In this document: in pieces, positions 58,486 to 64,000 of the stretch | How the letters are laid out: each line of letters begins with the position of its first letter | Position numbering within the stretch: position 1 is the first letter of the stretch | Assembly (NCBI GenBank): GCA_963762565.1 | Contig: CAVXLD010000007.1 | Location: 512,001 to 576,000, forward strand | Direction: 5' to 3' | DNA from: an uncultured Verrucomicrobiae bacterium | GTDB taxonomy: Bacteria > Verrucomicrobiota > Verrucomicrobiia > Chthoniobacterales > JAFAMB01 | Length of the DNA stretch: 64,000 nucleotides | Made by a program: the position numbers and the translations under genes | The notes under the pieces: model-generated | Seen by the model: only the letters and a program-made list of their open reading frames with translations | Database searches by the model: none | What the model was told of the DNA's origin: nothing

Positions 58486-59196
58486 CTACTCCGCATAAAC
58501 CATCGCCTGTTTAGCTTCGGCAATTTTCTGGATTAACTTAGCTACCTGCGGCCCGACGGCTTTAAGCGCGTCTCGTGGGGCCGGATCTGGGATCTCGAAT
58601 GTGCGTTGAAAGATAGACGCCAGAAGATCGGCTTTGCGTTCTGCGTCGGGTTGAAACTGACCTGGGATCAGGCTCTCGGCCATAAAGAAACCAGTGATGG
58701 TGGCTCGATAGATGTACATAACCTCCATTCCGGTCAGATCCGCGCGGAGAAGCCGGGCCTTTTTCAGCACCTCGACGTAGGCCTCGAAGGCTTCGTACTG
58801 CTGCGCTACAAGCTTCGGGTCTCCGGCTGTGGTCAGGCGACCGAGGGTCTCGAAGTCCTGGACGAAGACGGCTCGGATTAGAGGGCGTCGATTGGCGGCT
58901 AACCAGAAATGGCGAACTAGACGATGCAGCAACAATTCCTCGGGATGCTCACGCAGAGTTGGCGCCAGGTTCTCGATCGCCTGCACTAATTCGCGTTGTA
59001 ATACCGCCATGAAAAGGGTCTCCCGGTTTGGCCAGTGCAAGTAAACCGTCCCTTTGCCGACACCGGCATGTTTAGCGATATCGTCGATGGTGACCCGGCT
59101 ATAGCCCCAGCGCTCGAGGAGCTGAGCGGCGGAATCGAGGATACGTTGGGCGCGACGGAATCGTTTATTGAGTTTCGAAGGAGGATTAGGGATCAA
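58486..59196 (-). CDS. TetR/AcrR family regulator
   Basis: ILDSA..LL..WGY..VTIDDIAKHAGVGKGTVYLHW. Confidence 0.92.
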   Translation of the reverse strand: MIPNPPSKLNKRFRRAQRILDSAAQLLERWGYSRVTIDDIAKHAGVGKGTVYLHWPNRETLFMAVLQRELVQAIENLAPTLREHPEELLLHRLVRHFWLAANRRPLIRAVFVQDFETLGRLTTAGDPKLVAQQYEAFEAYVEVLKKARLLRADLTGMEVMYIYRATITGFFMAESLIPGQFQPDAERKADLLASIFQRTFEIPDPAPRDALKAVGPQVAKLIQKIAEAKQAMVYAE

Positions 59197-59213
59197 AGTA
59201 ACTATTTTAGTAA

Positions 59214-59333
59214 TTTGACCAGATTTCTAAATTGGTCAAATATTGAAAAGTTAAAAGAATTTCAACCACGAGCTGACCAAGAGTCAGTCTTTAATCAAGT
59301 GAATTATTCATTTGATTAAATCATTTGATTAAA
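59214..59333. promoter_or_regulatory. Candidate operators of the two divergent TetR regulators
   Basis: Palindrome tttgacca-N11-tggtcaaa (59214-59240). Also tttaatcaa and twice-repeated tcatttgattaaa (59290-59333) upstream of the cecR-like gene. Confidence 0.6.
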
Positions 59334-59344
59334 TAGCTTTCACC

Positions 59345-60097
59345 GTGAGCAAGTCTCTCCCCATCGCCCCCGATCTCGGCGCTCGTGCTCGTCTCCTGGA
59401 CGCTGCCGCTGAAATCTTCGGCACCTATAACCTCGAGGGCGCTACCACCCGCCAATTGGCTGAATCCGCCGGAGTTAACCAAGCCGCTATCCCGTACTAT
59501 TTCGGCGGCAAGGAAGGACTTTATCTCGCTACGGTCGAGCACTTCTTTTCGGTGCACGCGCCAAAAATTGGATCCGTGGTCGCTGAGATCGTAGCGCGGT
59601 TGGCAGCAAAAAACGTCGATCGAGAGGAGGCTCTCAAGCTCCTGAAAACGCTGTTGGAAACAATGTTGGAGGTACTATTACGCCAGCAAACCAACCGTTC
59701 CTTTGGCCGGATTATCATCCGGGAACAGATGCAGCCGACTAAGGCTTTCGACCTGATCTACGAAAGAGTCATCCGGCATGTTCACCAGACCATCTCGGCC
59801 CTGCTGGCGATCCTCCTAGGCCGGGAACCCCACGACCGCAGCGTGATCTTTCGAGCTCAGATGCTCGTTGGTCAGATTCTGGTTTTCCTGGCCGGGCGCG
59901 AGACGATCCGGCGCAGGCTTAATTTAGCCGGGTACACAGAGGAGGAGTTCGCTGAAATCAAAGCCGCACTCCACGAACAACTAGACCTATTGCAACCAAT
60001 CGGCCTCGTCCGGCGGCTGCCGGATCGCCATAGTCCGGCTCAGCCGGAAGACAGAGGAAGCGAGGCGCGCTCCACAAGAAGGGGAGGTAGAAAATGA
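59345..60097 (+). CDS. cecR: TetR family regulator, CecR/YbiH-like
   Basis: ATTRQLA..AGVN.AAI.YYFGGKEGLY, IIREQMQPT.AF, GQILVF. Heads a ybhGFS-like operon. Confidence 0.8.
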   Translation: MSKSLPIAPDLGARARLLDAAAEIFGTYNLEGATTRQLAESAGVNQAAIPYYFGGKEGLYLATVEHFFSVHAPKIGSVVAEIVARLAAKNVDREEALKLLKTLLETMLEVLLRQQTNRSFGRIIIREQMQPTKAFDLIYERVIRHVHQTISALLAILLGREPHDRSVIFRAQMLVGQILVFLAGRETIRRRLNLAGYTEEEFAEIKAALHEQLDLLQPIGLVRRLPDRHSPAQPEDRGSEARSTRRGGRK

Positions 60098-61104
60098 GGA
60101 AACGACTAGTCATTATCCTAGGCGTCGTGGCTGTGCTTGCCGTTGCAGGATGGTTTATTTACCAGCAGTTAACGGCGACTTCTCAACCTATCCTGACGCT
60201 CCAGGGGAACATTGATATCCGCCAGGTGAACGTTGGATTTCGGGTCACGGGGCGAGTTAAAGAGATGAAACTCGAGGAAGGCGATAGGGTACATGCGGGA
60301 GACCTCATCGCCACGCTGGATGAAGCCCCTTACCAGGACCAGGTGAATCTGGCTGAGGCTCAGGTTGCGCAAGCGCAGGCCAATTACGCTAAAATGGTGA
60401 ACGGCTATCGCCCGGAGGAAATCGCACAAGCCAAGGCTCAGCTCGCTCAAGCGAAAGCCAATTATGATAATGCTCTGCGATACTTTGAACGCCAAGACGC
60501 ATTGCAGCAAGGCCACGTCATTTCAAAGTCGGACTATGATAACGCCCTGGCCTCGCGAGATTCGCTAAAGGGCCAGGTCGACCTGGCTCAAGCTAACCTC
60601 AATCTGGAGCTGGCAGGTAATCGAAGAGAGGACGTAGATAGTGCGAAAGCACAACTAGATAACGCCAAAGCTAATTTAGCAACCGCTCAACAGAACCTGA
60701 CAGACTGCCAGCTTTTCGCGCCTGTTGATGGCGTAATGATTACCCGAGCGGTCGAGCCAGGTACGATCGTTTCCACCAGTTCCGTTATCTATTCCATTTG
60801 TCAAAACGAGCCGGTCTGGGTCCGAACTTATGTCGGCGAACGCGATCTGGGTCGGATTTATCCGGGGATGAAGGCGTTGGTATATAACGACACCGATCCG
60901 AACCATCCCTACGTTGGACAAATCGGTTTTATTTCTCCAGTAGCGGAGTTTACCCCGAAAAATGTCGAGACCCGGGAACTGCGGACCGACCTGGTTTATC
61001 GGCTCCGAGTTATCATTGCGAAACCCGATCGTTATCTCCGGCAAGGAATGCCGGTAACCCTGCGAATGGCTGACGAACGCCATGAACCAGAGCCCAGAAG
61101 TTAA
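60094..61104 (+). CDS. ybhG: HlyD-family membrane fusion protein, YbhG-like
   Basis: GNIDIRQV..GFRV.G, IGFISPVAEFTPK.VET.ELRTDLVYRLRV, LRQGMPVT. Confidence 0.9.
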   Translation: MRKRLVIILGVVAVLAVAGWFIYQQLTATSQPILTLQGNIDIRQVNVGFRVTGRVKEMKLEEGDRVHAGDLIATLDEAPYQDQVNLAEAQVAQAQANYAKMVNGYRPEEIAQAKAQLAQAKANYDNALRYFERQDALQQGHVISKSDYDNALASRDSLKGQVDLAQANLNLELAGNRREDVDSAKAQLDNAKANLATAQQNLTDCQLFAPVDGVMITRAVEPGTIVSTSSVIYSICQNEPVWVRTYVGERDLGRIYPGMKALVYNDTDPNHPYVGQIGFISPVAEFTPKNVETRELRTDLVYRLRVIIAKPDRYLRQGMPVTLRMADERHEPEPRS

Positions 61105-62902
61105 CGCCGTCAACGCCGGGAACGGGAAGTCGGAGATCGATGGAGCGGCCTCGCTTGCGAGGCCGAGCGGTGACAATGCTCGTTGGTTAGTCGAGACTAC
61201 CGGACTGGTTAAGTCCTTTCGTGACGGGGTTCCTCCGGCGTTGGATCATCTCGATACGAAAGTGGCGGGCGGCGCAGTGACGGGTCTAGCTGGACCGGAT
61301 GGTGCCGGAAAGACCACGCTGATGAGGCTATTAGCAGGTTTGTTGTTGCCGAGTGCCGGAAATATCCGCGTCCTCGGCTTTGATCCCGTCACCCAACCGG
61401 AGGAAATCAGAGCCCGGATTGGGTATATGCCTCAACGGTTTGGTCTTTACGAAGATCTGAACGTGATCCAGAACCTCCGGCTGTATGCTGAGCTCCGCGG
61501 AGTGGTTGGCGAAGAAAGAGAAGCAAGTTTTGAGCGGTTACTTACTTTCACGGATCTGAAACGTTTCCAGAGACGGAAAGCAGGCGCCTTGTCTGGCGGT
61601 ATGAAGCAGAAATTGGGTCTGGCCTGCGCCCTTGTGAGCAAACCCGAGCTGTTGTTACTCGACGAGCCCAGTGTCGGGGTAGACCCGATCTCCAGGCGAG
61701 ATCTATGGAAGATGGTCCAAGATTTAATCGGTGAGGGGATCGGGGTAATCTGGAGTACCGCTTACCTGGACGAGGTCGAGCTGTGTGATGCCGTGATCCT
61801 TCTGCATGAAGGCAAGAAAGTCTTCGATGGACCGCCAAAGGAGTTAACCGACAGGGTCCGTTCTCGGACTTTTCAATTACGAGTCGCGAGTAATCGGCGC
61901 AAGATCTTGGCGGAGGCATTGCGCTCCCCGGCGGTGGTGGATGGCGTTGTGCAGGGCGATCATATCCGGGTCGTGCTGAAAGACGGCAGTGCTCAGGATG
62001 GGATTGAACGATTCGCTGACGATCGACGCTTACGCCCGGTAGCGCCGCGATTCGAGGATGCCTTTGTCGATACGCTCGGTGGCTTACCCAAGGAAGAATC
62101 GCTGGTGGCCAGTACGATGCCACATCTTCACCACGATGGCGGCAGCGTGATCGATGCACACGATTTAACGAAACGCTTCGGCAAATTTGTTGCTACTGAC
62201 CATGTCACCTTTTCCGTCAATCGAAGCGAGATCTTTGGGTTGCTCGGACCAAACGGCGCCGGCAAGTCGACTACGTTTAAGATGCTATGCGGGTTGTTAA
62301 AGCCCTCTTCCGGAACGGCCCGAATTGCGGGAATCGACTTTCGCAAATCAGGCAGCGCGGCTCGGAACCGAATCGGTTATATGGCGCAGAAATTCTCGCT
62401 CTATGGCGATCTAACCGTGCAACAGAATCTCGATTTCTTCTCTGGTGTGTACGGATTGCAAGGTAATCGGAAGAATTCGGCCATCGATCGGATGATTCAC
62501 GCGTTTGGTTTGGAGAGCTATTTAGGTAGCGCCTCAGGACAACTTCCGTTGGGCTTCAAGCAACGTTTGGCCATGGCTTGCGCCCTGATGCACGAGCCGG
62601 ATGTATTGTTCCTGGATGAACCGACTTCGGGCGTAGATCCCATTACCAGGCGTCAGTTTTGGTTGCATATAAACGGGTTGGTCGACAAAGGCGTAACCGT
62701 CATGGTGACAACCCATTTCATGGATGAAGCCGAGTACTGCGACCGAATCGGGTTAGTCTATCGCGGGAAGCTCATCGCTCTCGATACCCCTGACGCCCTC
62801 AAGGGCAGCGTCCGTTCTTCCGATCTTCCGGATCCCACGATGGAAGAGACTTTCATCCGAATCATTCAACGTTTCGATACCGCGAAGGAGAACAAACCTT
62901 AA
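61082..62902 (+). CDS. ybhF: ABC transporter ATP-binding protein, YbhF-like (two NBDs)
   Basis: GPDGAGKTT, LSGGMKQKLGLAC, DEPSVGVDPISRR, GPNGAGKSTT, LPLGFKQRL. Confidence 0.92.
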   Translation: MNQSPEVNAVNAGNGKSEIDGAASLARPSGDNARWLVETTGLVKSFRDGVPPALDHLDTKVAGGAVTGLAGPDGAGKTTLMRLLAGLLLPSAGNIRVLGFDPVTQPEEIRARIGYMPQRFGLYEDLNVIQNLRLYAELRGVVGEEREASFERLLTFTDLKRFQRRKAGALSGGMKQKLGLACALVSKPELLLLDEPSVGVDPISRRDLWKMVQDLIGEGIGVIWSTAYLDEVELCDAVILLHEGKKVFDGPPKELTDRVRSRTFQLRVASNRRKILAEALRSPAVVDGVVQGDHIRVVLKDGSAQDGIERFADDRRLRPVAPRFEDAFVDTLGGLPKEESLVASTMPHLHHDGGSVIDAHDLTKRFGKFVATDHVTFSVNRSEIFGLLGPNGAGKSTTFKMLCGLLKPSSGTARIAGIDFRKSGSAARNRIGYMAQKFSLYGDLTVQQNLDFFSGVYGLQGNRKNSAIDRMIHAFGLESYLGSASGQLPLGFKQRLAMACALMHEPDVLFLDEPTSGVDPITRRQFWLHINGLVDKGVTVMVTTHFMDEAEYCDRIGLVYRGKLIALDTPDALKGSVRSSDLPDPTMEETFIRIIQRFDTAKENKP

Positions 62903-63330
62903 CCGCAGATGGACGCGAACCAATACAGACAAACCGCAGATGAACGCAGATTGACGCAGATAAAAACAGGAACCGCAAATGGATGAAGAACCACACCACA
63001 GCGACAGGGAGACCACGAATGGAAGCAAACCCTAACCGCAGATGAACACCACTAACACAGACTAGAATGATCCGCAGATTACGCAGATTTCGTTTTGTCG
63101 TCAGGTCCTGCCAGCGGCAGATGGGAATCGCTGCGCCGCCACTGAGGTTTCTTGCTCCCACGTGCGGATCGACCTCAAGAAGTAATCTGCGAAATCTGCG
63201 TAATCTGCGGATAATCCCTTCTCTCTTTGATCGGTGGATTCGCGTCCATTCGTGTCCGTTCGCGGTTAGTCTGTTATCTGCGCCAATCTGCGTCCATCTG
63301 CGGTTGAGTTCCGGGCTTTCATCTGCGGTT
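62901..63330. repeat. Multiply nested 9-mer (CGCAGAT / CGCGAAT) palindromic elements
   Basis: About six left arms (aaccgcagatg..., atccgcagattacgcagatt) followed by about four mirrored right arms (aatctgcg..., attcgcgtccattcg..., atctgcggtt). Confidence 0.85.
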
Positions 63331-63350
63331 GAGTGCTTCGGAGGTGCTCT

Positions 63351-64000
63351 ATGAATGCGAAGAATCGGCGGTTTAGTTGGCGCCGGTTGGGGGCGTTAGT
63401 ACGGAAAGAACTGATACAGATCGTCAATGATCCCAGCAGTATCTTGATCGCCTTTATCCTCCCGATAATGCTGTTGTTTCTTTTTGGATATGCGGTTTCG
63501 TTGGATTCGACTCGGGTGCGGGTAGGTGTGGCGCTGGAAGAACGAACACCGGAGTCGGAGAACCTATTAGTCAGTTTGCGTAACTCGAAATATCTCGATG
63601 TTACCGCAAGTTTCGATCGCGCTTTTCTAGAGCGAGAGATGGTGGCGGGAAGGATTAGAGCGCTGTTGGTGGTGCCGATCGATTTCTCTCGACGCCTGCA
63701 TTCGGCAGGCAACTCCGCGCCGTTACAGATTATTGGAGACGGCAGCGAACCCAACACCGCTGCCTTTGCCGAGGCTTATCTGGAGGCGGTGGTATCGCTC
63801 TGGCTGCAACAACGAGGCATGGAAACGGGGACCCCGATTAATAGCGCAATCGATGTCGAGACCCGGAATTGGTTCAATCCTTCTTTAGAGAGCAAGAACT
63901 ACCTCATCCCCGGCTCGATCGCGATCATTATGACGATGATCGGTACATTGTTAACTGCGCTGGTAGTGGCTCGAGAATGGGAACGCGGTACGATGGAAGC
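63351..64000 (+). CDS. ybhS: ABC-2 permease, YbhS-like (runs off window)
   Basis: My translation MNAKNRRFSWRRLGALVRKELIQIVNDPSSILIAFILPIMLLFLFGYAVSLD...DGSEPNTA...WFNPSLES.NYLIPG...LTALVVAREWERGTME. Confidence 0.88.
   Translation, partial: MNAKNRRFSWRRLGALVRKELIQIVNDPSSILIAFILPIMLLFLFGYAVSLDSTRVRVGVALEERTPESENLLVSLRNSKYLDVTASFDRAFLEREMVAGRIRALLVVPIDFSRRLHSAGNSAPLQIIGDGSEPNTAAFAEAYLEAVVSLWLQQRGMETGTPINSAIDVETRNWFNPSLESKNYLIPGSIAIIMTMIGTLLTALVVAREWERGTME

Noticed and set aside
221..63757. Numerous short ORFs antisense to or overlapping confident genes, or lying within repeats (e.g. 221, 370, 7082, 9227, 20295, 47389, 62753, 63266)
   Set aside because: Shadow frames without recognisable motifs.
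1..64000. tRNA, rRNA, prophage or integrase
   Set aside because: No cloverleaf, rRNA signature, phage gene or recombinase was recognised by eye. A covariance-model search would be needed to exclude small RNAs.

Overview
Bacterial chromosomal window, roughly 55% GC by eye. Gene content and repeat style suggest a soil Verrucomicrobiota/PVC-type genome (inference only). The protein content is mostly metabolic. There are three sugar ABC uptake/catabolic clusters, one with a GH42 beta-galactosidase under LacI control, plus a ggt, tandem AmpC-like serine hydrolases, tandem DegP proteases with an OmpR/CusR-type two-component system, a LytS/LytTR pair, a DAC-domain protein and a cecR-ybhGFS-like efflux operon. 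No rRNA, tRNA or CRISPR array was seen. The striking feature is the non-coding DNA. Most intergenic gaps hold a palindromic element whose inverted arms are built from short tandem units (7-, 8- or 9-mers) or REP-like hairpins, often nested. Two GxxExxY (PD-(D/E)XK-like) genes are each enclosed by 9-mer CACAAAG arms, and those arms also occur as six or more gene-less copies, some with duplicated flanks and one pair bracketing a two-gene cassette. This suggests an undescribed GxxExxY-associated mobile repeat system. The heptamer-armed elements all carry a stop codon in their unit, giving stops in all frames, and several genes end inside them. A RAYT transposase with GTAG-type REPs sits between the two degP genes. 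Two apparent pseudo-enzymes (class A beta-lactamase fold and ArsC fold) and a cluster of gene fragments are also present.
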